The translations under genes were made by a program, and so were the position numbers. The notes beneath the pieces were generated by a model. That model was given only the letters and a program-made list of their open reading frames with translations, had not been told where the DNA came from and made no database searches. Positions 23,740-37,664 of a stretch of DNA of 64,000 nucleotides are shown here, piece by piece (the stretch's first letter is position 1; every line of letters begins with the position of its first letter). The stretch lies in contig OZ024741.1 in the NCBI GenBank assembly GCA_964016885.1, positions 364,994,001 to 365,058,000 of the forward strand. Direction: 5' to 3'. The DNA is from Eledone cirrhosa (taxonomy: Eukaryota).

Positions 23740-25978
23740 AGGGTGTTAAAGTTTGCTTGAAGCATTGTGAAATATGTGAAATATGTAGTTTAGAAAGCCA
23801 CAACAATGCAGATGGGAAATCTCGAGGTAGGAAGTGAGTGAGAAATAGGAGAAAAGTGAAAATTGAGAGAAACGAAAATGAAAACAAAACAAAGGTAGAA
23901 GGGTTACCGTAGTGGAGATTTAATCCCAATATTTCGGGCTCACGCCCATCAACGGGGGAAAGTTCCAAAAGGGGGGGGGAACAGGCTAAGCCGGAGAAAG
24001 TTGTATTGTTGTTAAAACATAGGAATGCCGTTATGGGGAAAATTCAAACGAGGGAAAGAATGCGCGTGCGCGTGATAGGCTGTGGCAAAAGCTACTGACC
24101 AATTGGGTTAAATCAATAGGGTGCGCTAGCGTGTGAAAGCCGTAAAATATGTGTGTGTAAATATATATGTGTGTGTAACTGTGTGTGTATATGTGTATGT
24201 GTGTATGTATGTGAGTGTGTGTGTGTGAAAGAAAGTGGGCCGTAGAAGCTGGAAATCAAAGGGTGTGAAAGGTGGTAGGTTGTATAAACATGTGTGCGTG
24301 TATAAATATAGATGTGTGTGTGTATGTGTATGGGTATACATATAAGTGCGTGTGTGTGAAAGATAGTAGGCCGTAAGGGCTGTTAATGGTCACTATGGTT
24401 AAATTAGCCATGTCAGCTCATTTCTCTCAGCCCGGTTGTTAAGTGGGGGTCTGAGGTTCTTAATAACAAGTGCTTCCTTTATCCTTAAGGATTCGATGCT
24501 GCGTTCAGTCGCTAGGACTGTGACCAAGGGTCTGCCCTGTGGGTTTCCGCATTTAAGGATGTGTTTACGGAAGGAAGATGCGTTGGTGTTGACATGTTCC
24601 TTGATACGAACATGTAGGGGTCGGATGTAAATCTACCTATAGTGCTACCTATGTAAATCTTGTTACATTTATCGCATTGAATCTTATATACGACATAGGT
24701 GCGTAGGCAATCTGCCCCCCGTATCGGGCAGTTGCTGAGGGAACACGTCCCATCTGACTCGTCGGGTTTGTTGGAGAGGCATCTTCGGAGCGAAGGTCCT
24801 GTGTGGGCCAAATGTATGTCAAGTCCCTCCCTCCGTATGGCCCTGCGGATGGCGTTCGTGGTATATTCACTCAGGTAGGGGATTTTAAAGAAGCACCTGC
24901 TTTTATCTAAGTTTCTAGTGGGTGTCAGTCTACTGGGTCTGGGGTCTCTAATTCCGTTAATCAGTCGCTTGGTATATCCATTAGACTTGAGTAGATTACG
25001 GAATTGCGTGGTATGGGTGAGACCACCCATCGGGTCGCTGCATCTATTAGTGATCTGTGTAAGTTCATTTAGGACATAGCCTCTCTTAGCATTGTTAGGG
25101 AGGGCTGAGTTGTAATGCACAAATAAGTCCTTGCACGCTGCCTTGTGGTAGAAGGTGGTGTTTATGTCTCCTTCTTCCGAGATGTTGATACGGAAGTTGA
25201 GGAGGGCGAGTGACCCGTCTTCTCCAGGGTGTTCGATGGTGAAATCGACGTGATGGTCAGTGTCGTTGAAGATTTGGTGAATTTCATTCGCCATCGCCCG
25301 GGAAGAAGTGAGTATCAGTATGTCATCAACGTATCTGGAGTAGAAGGCGACGGCGTTGGGTTGGCAGGTGTTGAGTGCCTTGCGTTCCAGGTGGTCCATG
25401 TACGAGATTGCAAGTATGCCGGACAGACTAGAGCCCATAGGTAGCCCAGAGATCTGTTTGTACGTGTGGCCGAGGAAATTGAAGAATGCATTATCCACAA
25501 CGAAGGAGAGGAGTTGGTGGATGTCCGTGTGTGTGAATCCGAAGCAGTGTAAGTTAGATGCTCGGACTCGTTCGGTCAACAGGTCGACGGCTGGGGATGC
25601 TGGTACGGAGGTATAAAGGGCGACCACATCAAGACTGAAGGCATATCCGTTGTCCTTTCTGGTGTTGGGCGCCAGATGGTGTAGTCGCTCCAAGACCTCC
25701 TTTGAGCTACAGACGTGGGCTGGTAGTGTGTGTAGAATGGGTTTCAGCAATGTGGAGAGCAGCCACGATATTTTGTAAAGTGGGCCCTCCACGCTAGAGA
25801 CAATGGGCCTGATTTTTAAATCGGCTCCTTGTTTATGGGTTTTCACCAGGTGGTAGAAGGTGGGTAGTTTGCTGTTTCGAGTCATTTTCGTTTCTCTCAA
25901 TTTTCACTTTTCTCCTATTTCTCACTCACTTCCTACCTCGAGATTTCCCATCTGCATTGTTGTGGCTTTCTAAACTAC

Positions 25979-25988
<10 letters not shown>
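23738..25988 (-). mobile_element. Penelope-like element, 5'-truncated, with an inverted 105-bp pLTR segment (23777-23881/25882-25986), inserted in (TA)n
   Basis: RT + GIY-YIG ORF; terminal segments are reverse complements; degenerate HHR-like motif at 23924-23960 (-). Confidence 0.93.
24399..25881 (-). pseudogene. PLE RT-GIY-YIG ORF with one frameshift at ~24625-24640
   Basis: IRPIVS, SLDVVALYTSVP, GLPMGSSLS, RYVDDIL, VVYKIQCDKCNKIYIGST; the next frame continues RPLHVRIKEH..KEALVIKNLRPPLNNR to a stop at 24399. Confidence 0.93.
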
Positions 25989-26039
<51 letters not shown>

Positions 26040-26201
26040 ATATATATATATGCATATATATGCATATATATATGAGTGTGTATACATGTATATATATATA
26101 TATATATATAAATATTTATATATATATATACATACACACATATATATATAGACATGTATATATATATGCGTGTGTATATATGCATATATATATATATATA
26201 T

Positions 26202-26507
26202 ATATTGTTATACTTGGGGAGGGTCATATTATCATAATATTGCCAGAAATAATAACAGAACACACTCACTGTTTGGCTTGGGTTGGTTTTCGCTTCTGTA
26301 TCTTTTATATCTCCACAGTTAATTTATATATATTTATATCTGTATTTTTAACTGTTGGTCAATCAATGATAAACATTGATTGCAAAATAAATTAACTATG
26401 GAGATATAAAAGATGCAGAAACGAAAACCAACCCAAACAGTGAGTGTGTTCTGTTATCATTTCTGGCAATATTATAACAATATGACCCTCCCCAAGTATA
26501 ACAATAT
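26202..26507. mobile_element. ~120-bp inverted repeat element (26202-26325/26389-26507); same family as ~59290-59520 and, more distantly, ~27100-27275
   Basis: Arms are reverse complements; shared spurious peptide [15 protein letters not shown] between loci. Confidence 0.82.
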
Positions 26508-26758
26508 TTGTTTCGACACACGATTTCATATTAAAAACCTTGCAAAACAAATATATATATATAGAGAGAGAAAAACCACAGACCCTCCATCTCAACTCAC
26601 CTTTTGAAAAGCAGAAGAACTGCGAAACCGGTAAAGGAACCAAATAAATATATATATTTAAAAAAATAAGACCCCAGTTGCATTTTTGATTTCATCTCTT
26701 TTTCTTTATACTTTCAGGACACCTCGGTTATTTTTCATTTTGTAAAAAAAAACCTCAC

Positions 26759-26799
<41 letters not shown>

Positions 26800-26804
<5 letters not shown>

Positions 26805-27057
26805 AAAGAGTCAGGACCCGACGGCTGAGCTCCGGCCGTTTCGACAGCTAGAGCCAAACCTAGCTGTCGAAACGGCCAGAGCTCAGCCGTCGTGGTCCTG
26901 ACTCTTTTCCTATTTCCCACTCCAGTACCCTAAGTATTGAGTACTCAGGTGCGTTATGGTCCACGTGGTATCGTACCAGGTCCTCTTTGTTATATATATA
27001 TATATATATACATATGAAAAGATTCAGGACCCCGACGGTTGAGCTCCGGCCGTTTCT
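26800..27057. mobile_element. Hairpin mini-element (52-bp arms 26800-26851/26860-26912) with a partial third arm copy; relative at 49763-49917
   Basis: Direct reading; (TA)n flanks. Confidence 0.82.
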
Positions 27058-27125
27058 GCATCTAAATGGTTGCTTATTTCTTCTGTATAGGACAAAACAA
27101 AGCATAGACACAGCATAAAATATTA

Positions 27126-27184
27126 GCCACTGAAGACGTCACAAAACCTTCTCAGTGAATAATTTATAACGAAAGAGCTTTGAC
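27126..27184 (+). ncRNA. Degenerate hammerhead-like motif
   Basis: CTGAAGA...GAAA-gagc-TT-tga; same stem III style as 59710-59754; stems imperfect. Confidence 0.45.
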
Positions 27185-27266
27185 AATACACAAATACTCA
27201 ATAATAATTTGAAGTGAAAACCAACAGGTGCATGTGTTTTTATTGGAAGCATGACCATCCCAAAGT

Positions 27267-27319
<53 letters not shown>

Positions 27320-27332
27320 TATACGTGTATAC

Positions 27333-27367
<35 letters not shown>

Positions 27368-29282
27368 CAATGATATTAAATAAATGGAAACTATATTTAT
27401 AAAACCATATTTATTCTATTATATATATTTCAAGGGTACCAAAATTTTGGTAAAATACGAAGTGTGTTTTATAAATTTTGACATAACCAAAGAGAATATA
27501 CCTTAACGCTTCAAGTTATCCTTGGATAGTGAAGGAATAAGAGAAGAAAGGTAGGATATTTCAAATTATTAAAATGAGTATGCAAATGAGGTTTAGGTAA
27601 AAGGGCTGAAAAAAACGTTATTTTAGACGCTATGGAAAATTTAAATAATTATGATAAGTTATTGTATGCGTAGGAAAGAAGAGAAAGGAAGAAGAGCTAG
27701 CGTTTACGTTAATTTTGTTGAAAAAATTTATTTACCTATATTATGAGTTATAATATTGTATATATAATCAATTAGATTATATGAAGAATTTTGGTTGTAA
27801 GTATTTTTATCTTATTACATTACGATAGATTATATGTATATAAATATCTATATATATATTAATAACTGCGTATGTATTAGTATTATAGAGATAGAGATAA
27901 TTTATAATTATTAGTTGTTTATATATCAAATATGAGTTACGAAAGATGTTGAATTTGTATTTTACTTAAAAATAGGTGGTTCAAGTTGTGAGAGTAGAAG
28001 AATGTGTGGATTCAAAAGTTTTGTTCAACATTGAAAATGTTTTCAGAATATTGTTAATTTAGCGAAGCTAAATGTTGTTAGAGATGACATCTCCCCGTCT
28101 CTCTCTCTATATATATATCTTTATTTTTTTTCCATCTTCCTTTCTTCCTTTCTCTTCCTGTCTTTTAATGTATATTATTATGTATATATTTCTTATTTCA
28201 GTTTCTATCTTGTCGATTTGACCGTAAAGTTGTGCACTGCCGCTCGTAACGCAGAGGCGCGAAATGAATTCAAATACTGTGACTTAACCGACCGCTACTA
28301 TTTAGTGTCGGTCGCCGCCAAGAGCTCTGGTCTACTCTGATGTACACTGCTCTAGACAGTTGTTTTCCTCCGTATAATCGGAGAAGCTCCGTGAGGTGGT
28401 ATGGCTGTTGCATCTCCCGTAGCACAGCTTCGACATACAACCTAGACAGGGAGGTAGAGTTTCATTTCTTTTTTCCCTTTTGTTTTCATTATTTATTTCC
28501 TCATTATCTCTCTTTTAAATATTTTAATGTTTTTTCATCAAATAACTTTTCAAAAATAAATTCAAGGTTGCTGCTCTTCCGCTTTTGATACTAAAAATGT
28601 TGAAATTGCCTCTGGTTCTGTGGTGCAAATCTCTTTTCAACACTTTCGTAACTTAATGTCTAATGAAACACACTTCATTCAATTGATAATTGAATAATTC
28701 TGAGTGGTTTAGTAAAACTATCATATATTTCATTGGTAGTATAGTAATTTAACATATGGTACTTATATAAATCTACGTTGGAAAATTTGAATTTGAATAG
28801 TGGTTTTATTTTATAGAACCAGAGCCGGTTATGGCTGGGTTGATATCTAATGTTGTTTATATACAAAAGGTTCTTTCATAATTTTATATTACAACCTTTG
28901 TTAAGTTATGCTCCAAACACCAGGTCAATAATGACATATTAAATCATTCGAAACACTTAATTATTTTCCAATTATCAAAATCGCAGCCAGAATATTTTAT
29001 TAAAGAAATGGTAATAAAGCTGTCCAATGGATGGATACTAGTTTGTTACTTAGTAAGTTTAACGAGTTGCTGGCTGTCTTATTTGTTTTAAATTCTTCTT
29101 CTGGTGGTGGGTGGTGATGATATTTTTCTCTTTTCCTACATATATTTATAAAAACTATAAGTATTAATGTGGAGTGGTACATAAATATATACATATAATA
29201 ACGGGTCCGAACACAAAGGAATAAAACTCCCCTGTCATTGCCTACATCTCTCCAGCTCTCCCCATCTCTCACTTTAATAAGC

Positions 29283-29461
29283 AAATGGGGCCCACCCCAT
29301 GGCCCCGGCAGACAGATTAGAGAAGCAGACAAGGCGTTTCCCAAAGGATGGTGAGGGAGACGTGCTGGAAGAGTCATTCCAGCTCGCGAGGTTCACACCT
29401 GCGGGTAGCCAACTCTGTGCCGATGGTTGTGAGTAGCTAGGTGGACCTAGGGTCAAGGACA
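29283..29461 (-). mobile_element. Decayed 3' fragment of a CRE-type (restriction-like endonuclease) non-LTR element
   Basis: Aligns by eye to 46450-46620. Confidence 0.7.
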
Positions 29462-29506
29462 CAATATTTTGTTTCCATTTTGTGTGTTGTCCGTCATTCT
29501 CTATCT

Positions 29507-32500
29507 CCGGATGGTATAGACGTTCTTCACATCGGCTCCTCGAGTATTGGAGATATTACGTGTTAACAATAAGTGTTTGTCTGTATTCTTGCGTTATTGT
29601 GTTAATTAACCCCCTTGCCTGGGTCTTCGGACACTAGGGTTATTTTATTTCACCCCTTTAGGGGTGACATTTTTCATCCTAAAAATCTTGTAATTGTCTC
29701 TACGCTAGTGGTAATGGAAGCCATTACCACAGGCAACGATGACACGCCCACTAAACAAACTGAAGGAGAGCGGGTAGCGGAGGCAACAAGCCTCCCTACT
29801 GAAAGAATAATGATTATTAGAAACATTGAAAAAATGGAGCCTAACCCTAATGAAAAAAATGTGAAAAAAATTGACTCGGAGAAATTACCAACATTAATGG
29901 ATGCCGGTTGGACTTTTCACGGTGCCACCAACAAAGGTGAAAGAGAAGTAGTAGATGTGACGAGAAGTCTCTCGGATACTGAAAATATAAGTGAACATTT
30001 TGAAAAAATGGAGTCTAACCCAAACTTTTAAAAAAATGTGAACGCATACACCAACATAAATAACACACACACAACAAAAAATGAAAATTGTAGTAACAAA
30101 AAACAAGAAAACCACATTTCTACAAATGTAAACAGAGAGGGGGCGAACAAAATGACGTTCGCGCAAAGCATAAAAAAAACTATTGTGTATGAACCTATTA
30201 ACATTTCGAACATGGCCCAGCAAATGGAAAATGCACGGAAGTATATAACTTTGAGGAGAATGGTCTATTTTCTTTAAATTCTCCCCCAGATTTAAAAAAG
30301 GAAAATAGCTTACAAACTATTATTTATAGGACAATATCAAACAAAACCCGTAAGCCAGTACAACTCACACAGACAGAGATTGAACTGGCTTTAAAAGATC
30401 ATCTGAAAAACATTGAAGGATAGACTCTACGGTAGTCTATCCATCCGAATGAAAGATAAATTGACGGCCGAAAAACATTCCCTGGCCCCAATTGTGTCCC
30501 CCTTACTTACCTTCTTCCCCATTTATTTGGGAAGAAAAACACAAAGATTGACCATACACAGTATCGATCCAGATATTGATTTCTGGGCGGTACTGTGTGG
30601 CCTCCTCAACTTGAAAGAGGATGCAGTAATTTCGGTAGGTAAGTCTTCTAGCAACGTGTTCGGTGGAACTAGCCGGCAAGTTCTGGTGCAAATGCAGCCA
30701 GAACGAATTCCTAGGATCTCCGACCGCATATTGCTGGATGGGCTTGCCTACTTACACATCACAGTGGAGGGTAGACGACCCGCTTGTTACCTATGTGGTG
30801 GCAGAGGTCACCTGAGGGCTTCCTGTTCCGAAGCAAACAAAAAAAAACACCGATTTTGTCCACACCAACAACTACAACACTACCAACACAACCTCCACCA
30901 CCACCACAAAAACAACTAACACCACAAGTTAAAACACAACTGAAAACAATCCCACCCATCCCTCCACACAGAAAACAAATAAAATAACACCCACACCACA
31001 AACACGAGCCGAAAATGATCCCCTCCCCTCGAATACTGGCCCCCACCTTTGATGACTTTGAGATGCACGCATCTCTCTGTCAGCCCGGAGGTGGGGGTGG
31101 GGTTGTCGTTCTGCATGAAAATCATCTGGGTCTCGCTACACATTTGGGCCCGGAGGGTCGACTAGTGGTTCTGGACCTTGGCAGTGGTGAAGGCGGAGCT
31201 TTTAGGCTGGTCACCGTCTACGCCCCTTTCGAGTTAACGCGGCTGGACTTCTTCCATCGTCTGGAGTCTTTTCTAGGGACGTCCCGCTCCTTGTTTTGAG
31301 TGGGGGACTGGAATGGTATCCTAGATGCACGTGGGACTATGTAGGGCATGTCCTGATAGAGGGGGTTGTAACAGCCTCAAGGGGTTAATCGGCCGATTTG
31401 ACCTGGCCGATAGATATCGACTAGATTTTCCGACTGTGCAAACCTGGACTTGGAGAAACCACAGCGGTCAATCTAGATCGTACCTAGATAGGTTCCTAGT
31501 TAGAAATAAGGATAGGGACATTTTAAGTTGTCCAAAAATGTTCATGGTTGGCTATTCAGACCACAAGTTAGTGACCTCCATGGTCAACCTTGATAGAACG
31601 CATAGAGAGGGATCCGGTTACTGGTAGCTCAACTTGTCCTTACCGGCAAGTAAAGCTTACAGGAACCGGATTAGTACTTTAGTTAAGGAGCGGTTGACGG
31701 GCGCCATCGTCAACAGCAGGTGGTGGGGCTCTCTCAAAAGAGAGATTAGAGTAGCTTCAATAGGAGTTAGTAAGGAGTTAGCCTCAGACAGAAATAGGAA
31801 GAAAAGGGAGTTGGTAGATAGTGTAGAAGAGGCAATTAGAAGCGGCGACGTAGCCAGAGTGCTAGCGTCGAGAACGGCCTTGGGCCAGTTCTTCGACGCG
31901 AAACATGAAGGCTGCGTTGTCCGAAGCAAAATACGTGCTCTGGGAAACGAGGGGACCAAAGTTGTTAGCTGGGACCGCGTGACAGAAGCCAAAAGTGGGA
32001 TTAGATCCACTATCCGGTCTTTGCGAGACCAGGATGGATGGGTGATCCTTGAACCTAAGCAGATGTGCGAGGCCTTTCAAAGGCAATTTGCCAGATTGTT
32101 CGGAAGGGACGAGGGGCCGGATGGGGATGTGGACCTCGGTCCATACCTCGACGGCCTGCCGCGTCTTTCGGACGAGGAGGCGAAGTCCTTGGAGAGCCCG
32201 ATCTCAGCTGCTGAGATAGGGGACGTGCTGAGCCAATGCGGCAAACGCAAATCTCCAGGCCTCGATGGTCTTCCATACGAACTGTATTTAAGTATGCCGG
32301 ACTTGTTCTTCGATCACCTCGAAGCGGTCTACTGCAACTGGCAACAGAACGGGAGAATTCCCTGTTATGTGACCAAAGGCGTAGTCTCGCTAGTGAGGAA
32401 GGACGAGAACAAGGGGGATGAAATAAGTAATTTTAGGCCCATAACACTGCTAAATGCAGAGTTAAAGATTTTGGCCAAGGTGTTAGCAAAGAGGTTGGCG

Positions 32501-34540
32501 CTTGTCGTGGGAAACCTGGTGGGAGATGCGCAGACATGCGCCATCCCGTCCAGGTCCATTCACGACAACCACCCATCTCATGCGATACATCATAGAGAGG
32601 GTTGGGAACGAACCCGGCTTTGGTGGGGCCCTGATCAACTTGGATCAATCTAAGGCGTTCGATAGGGTCGACCATCGTTACCTGGATGCGTGATAGTGGC
32701 GGCAGATTTCGGACCCGTTTTCAGGGGCTGGATCACTCCCATGCACAGCAGCCTCATCTGCTCTAGGGTCAAGGTGAAAGGCTACCTCTCGAAGCCGTTC
32801 GAAATCACGCGGTCCATCCGACAGGGATGCCCTCTCTCCTCCCTTCTGTATGTATTGGCCCTAGAGCCACTGCTGCGGAAGTTGGAGTTGTTACAGGGCA
32901 TCCCTTTGGAACCGGGATTGCGGAAAGCGGTGGCGGCCTACGCCGATGACGTGACAGTAATGGTGTCAACCGCCTCGGAAATCGGCATCATCGGCACCTT
33001 ACTGGAGAAATACGAAACGTTTACAAGGGCTAAGCTGAACCGGGACAAGTCAGTCGGTTTGCAACTCGGCGAGTGGAGGGGCAAACCGATGGCCTCCAAC
33101 GGAGTAGTCGGACGTTGAACGGAGGGCCCGGTGAAGTTGCTCGGGATCTGGTTCGAGCCAGACCTCCAGGTGGAGAAGAACTGGGGTCAGCTATCGAACA
33201 GGGTGTTTGCGCTGACGCGGAAGTGGGCTGAGTGCAAACCATCCCTGAAAGGTCGGGCGGAGGTGGCGAACGCTTATATAGCGTCCGTCATCTATTACCG
33301 CCTGACCGTCGTGCCTTGCCCAAGGGAAACGCTCACCAAAATGGAGCGCGCACTCTTCCAATTCCTTTGAAAGAAGCGGGCTCCTTTGGTGAGGAGATCC
33401 ATCTGCTGTCAACACCCTTCGAAAGAACGCTGGGGATGCCGTGGCTGCTGATGCGTAAACACGCATTAAGGCTACGGAACCTCCAGGTATTCCTCACCGG
33501 TCAACCGGTGTGTGTCCCGTTTGTGAGGCGAGCCTTTCTGAGACTCGTCTCGCTCACCGAGCTGCAATCCTGGATCAAGCAAAGACCGAGAAAACTGGGC
33601 GCCTGGCACACCGTGTTTGCCCAGGCGCTCACGGCTCTCTGGCAGACGGACCCGGCTATCGGTGGAGACTCCACCTCGTCATTCTATAGAGGGCTGGTGG
33701 TTAGTAGGTGCGACGACGCCCTCGGACAACCTTTAGGCATGGAGGAAGACGAACTGGCCAGCCTATTCGGGAGGACATTTGGCCCGGGACCTATGGACAA
33801 CTTCTAGAGGTCCCTGGCCTGGCAGTGCTACCGAGGGGCGCTTCCCGTTCGAGAAAAGCTCTACAGACACGGGCGCCCGGGTAGGGACCCCTCTTAAAAA
33901 ATCTGTGCCAGATGCGTGCGTGACTAGGAAACCGTTGCGCACGCATTGGTACACTGCTCGGACGTTGCCGATCTGTGGGGCTAAGTCGAACGACTGCTGT
34001 CACGAGTGGGACCAATCCAGTTGACCACTGAGTCCATTGTAACGATCAAGCCGCCTCCCCCCTTCAAAAATGAAGGAGAGGCGGTCTTCCTCTGTGTAAT
34101 AACCATGATGACTGAGGTGGTATGTTGGACACGTTTGAAATGGCTGAGATTGGACACCTTTCTCTCCGGCTAACAACTGGTCCTTTTCTTTAAATACCAT
34201 TTTAAGAGAATGATCAGAATGGAGAGAGAGGTGCTCTATCCCAGCAAGTTTTATGAAAGGTGGGTGAAAGTAGCGAGAATGGCCCGTGTGAATGGGCTTT
34301 CTCTCTTTATGAACCTGTTTGTGGAAAGGTGGAAGTTCAAAGGATCACCCCCTTTCTGTGCTCCTAAGGAAAAAGTTGCACACTTTTTCGGGGGTGTGTA
34401 TAACCCCTAAAACGACTCCTCCCTATTGAGGACTGCATTGTTAATTTTATATTTATTTGTTTTTTACTCGTTCCTTTATGTAAACTCCCCCCTTGTATTT
34501 GTCCCCTTCTTTTCTGCCCTCGTGGCAAATAAATAGAAAC

Positions 34541-34576
<36 letters not shown>
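29507..34576 (+). mobile_element. Tx1 copy E, near full-length and decayed, with a deletion across the ORF1/ORF2 junction (~31010); TATC tail 34542-34576
   Basis: ORF1 from ATG 29714 with CYLCGGRGHLRASC (30785-30826); SRSYLDRFLV, YSDHKLV and RT motifs; preceded by CTATCT. Confidence 0.92.
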
Positions 34577-34811
34577 ACAAACTCTTCGTACTCCTGGAGA
34601 TGAGGGTTGCACATTTTTTTTCAGGGGTATGTGTTACCCATATAAACTGTCTCCCTCTATTGGGGAAAAATCGACTAACTTTTTAAATTCCATCTGTGAT
34701 AACATTTTACACGTTTTTATTGTATGTAAACTTCCCCCTTTGTATTTGTCCCCTTCTTTTGTGCCCCTGTGGCTAATAAAGAAATATATCTATCTATCTA
34801 TCTATCTATCT
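34577..34811 (+). mobile_element. Tx1 copy F: 3'UTR only, with TATC tail
   Basis: Near-identical to 39290-39500. Confidence 0.88.
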
Positions 34812-36881
34812 TCTTCCGGCCCATAATTCTGCTCAACACAGAGTTACAGATTTTGGCCAAGGTGTTGGCAAAGAGGGTGGCGCTTGTCGTCGAAAACTGG
34901 TGGGAGAAGCGCAGACATGCGCAATCCCGACCAGGTACATACACGACAACCTCCACCTCATGCGATATATCATAGAGAGGGTAAGGTGTAAACCCGTCTT
35001 CAGTGGGGCCCTGATCAACTTGGATCAGTATAAGGCTTTCGATAGGGTTGACTATCGTTACCTGGATGCGGTGCTTGAGGTGGCAGGGTTCGGACCCGTG
35101 TTCAGGGGTTGGATTGCTGCAATGCACAGCACCAACATTTGCTCAAGGGTCAAGGTGAACGGCTACCTCTCGGAGCCGTTCCATTTCACGCGATCTATCC
35201 GTCAGGGATGGTCTCTCTCCTCCCTTCTGTACGTACTGACTCTCGATCCACTACTGGGGAAGTTGGAGCTATTGCAGGGCATCCCTTTGGAATCGGGACT
35301 GCGAAAAGCGGCGTCGGCCTACGCCGACGACTTAACAGTAATGGTGTCGAGCACCTCGCAAATCGGGGAGGTCGGAACCTTACTGGAGGAATACGAAAGG
35401 TTCACAGGAGCGAAGCTGAACCGGGACAAATCCGTCGGTTTGCAACGCGGAACGTGAAGAGGCAAAGCGATGCCTTCCGATGGCGTCGTCGGACGCTGGA
35501 CGGAAGGACCGGTAAAGCTGCTCGGAGTCTGGTTTGGTCCGGATCTCCAGGTGGAGAAGAACTGGAAAGAGGTGACGACCAAGCTGTTTGCGCTCACCCA
35601 GAAGTGGGCCGAGTGCAAACTATCCTTGAAAGGTCGAGCGGAGGTGGCGAACACTTTTATAGCGTCCGTCATCTACTACCGCTTGTCACCAAAATGGAGC
35701 GCGCACTCTTCCAATTCTTTTGGAAGAAACGGGCTCCTTTGTTGAGAAGATCCATCTGCTGCCAACACTCTTCAAACGGAGGGCTGGGGATGTCGTGGCT
35801 GACGATGCGCCAACACGCGCTCAGGCTGCGGCACCTCCACGTATTCCTCACCGGACAACCGGTGTGGGCCCCGTTATGAGGTGAGCCTTCCTACGACTCG
35901 TCTCGCTGACCGACTGCAGTCCGTGGGCGACTGGCACATCGAATGTGTTCAGGCGCTCACAGTCCTCTGGCAAACGGACCCGGCGATAAGTGGAGACTCC
36001 ACTTCGACATTCTATAGAGGGTTGGTTCGCAGCAAGTACGACGACGGGATCGGAGAAACTCTAGGCGTAGAGGAGGACGAACTGGCCAGTCTGTTCGGTA
36101 GGACATTCCGCCCGGGACTAATGGACAACTTCCAAAAGTCCCTGGCCTGGCAGTGCTACCGAGGAGCTCTACCAGTTCGAAAGAAGCTCTACCGACATGG
36201 CGCCCGGGTAGGGACCCTTCGAAAAAGATCTGTCCGAGATGCGTGCGCGACGAGGAAACAGTCGCGCACGCATTTGTACACTGCCCGGGCGTTACCGACC
36301 TGTGGGGCTATGTGGAACGACTATTGTCGCGGGTGGGACCAATCTACTTGACCACCGAATCCATTGTCATGATCAAACCGCCACCCCCCTTCAAAAACGA
36401 GGGAGAAGCGGTTTTCCTATGTGTTATGGCTATGGTGAAAGAGGTTATACGGTGGACGAGGTTAAAAGGGCGAGGTCAGACCCCTTTCTCTCCGGCGAGC
36501 AACTGATTCGTTTTTTTCAGATATCATTTTGGAAGAAGAATCAGGATGGAGAGAGAGGTGCTGTACCCCAGCAAATTTTATAAAAGGTGGGTGAATGTGG
36601 CAAAGATGGCCCGAGTGGTTAGGCCGTCTCTCTATATAAGCCTGTAGGTTGAGGAAAAAGAGGAAGGGAGTACTCACTCTTGGTGCTCCTGGAGATGTGG
36701 GTTGTACATTTTTCCGGGGTGTGTACAACCCCTGTGTAACGCCTCTCCCCTATTGGGGATTTCAATTGTTATTTGTTATTTTATTAATAGTTTTATTTTC
36801 ATATACCTGTATGTAAACTCCCCATTTGTATTTTTCCCCTTCTTTTGTGCCCTTGTGGCTAATAAAGAAATTTATCTATCT
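34812..36881 (+). mobile_element. Tx1 copy G: RT to 3' end, decayed
   Basis: RT motifs in ORFs 34900+, 35470+, 36153+; GTGGCTAATAAA + TATC. Confidence 0.92.
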
Positions 36882-36882
36882 G

Positions 36883-37315
36883 TTTCTCTCCTGACAACAA
36901 CCCATTCCCTTCTTTAGGTACCACTTCAGAAGGAGAATCACAGTGGAGAAAGAGGTACTGCACCCCAGTAAATTTCCTGAAAGGTGGGGGAATGTGGCGA
37001 GAATGGCCCGAGTGACTGGGCCTTCTTTCTATATAAACCTGTACGCTGAGGAAGATAAACAGAGGGAAGACGGGAACACATACAAAACGTGTTCCTGGTG
37101 TTGAGGGTTGTTCTATCCACGGGGTGTAAAACAACCCTGCAGTAACGTTCCCGTCCTATTGGGAATTTCAATTGTTATTTTATTATATATTATAATAGTT
37201 TATTGTTATTTATTAATGTTAAAGTTATTTTTATTTAAAACCCCCGCCGTCACGTCTTGAAATGTCTCATTTTTGTACGCCCCTGTGGCAAATAAAGAAA
37301 GATATCTATCTATCT
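36883..37315 (+). mobile_element. Tx1 copy H: short 3' fragment (D-type 3'UTR)
   Basis: Homologous to 8990-9385; TATC tail. Confidence 0.88.
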
Positions 37316-37664
37316 TTCTTTCTTTTATTCTTTTGCGCATTCATATTTACTTTTTCCTTCTTTTGTTTTACATATTCTATTTCATTTCATTCATTCATTC
37401 ATTCCTTCATTACAACACATTAATCATTCATTAACCATTTATTCATTATACTACTCATTAATCATTCAAATTCACGGGCATTATTTAATCGTTCGACAAT
37501 CGGTCATTTCTCTCTATATTTATATATTGACTTTTTATTCATTTTTTTCTTGTCTTTCTGTTTTAATTTTCATAATTTCGACTTCTTTTTTTTTCATTTT
37601 TCTCTCTCATATCTTTTTCTCCTTTTTATCTCCTCATGTTTAATAAATACATTCATTATTATAC

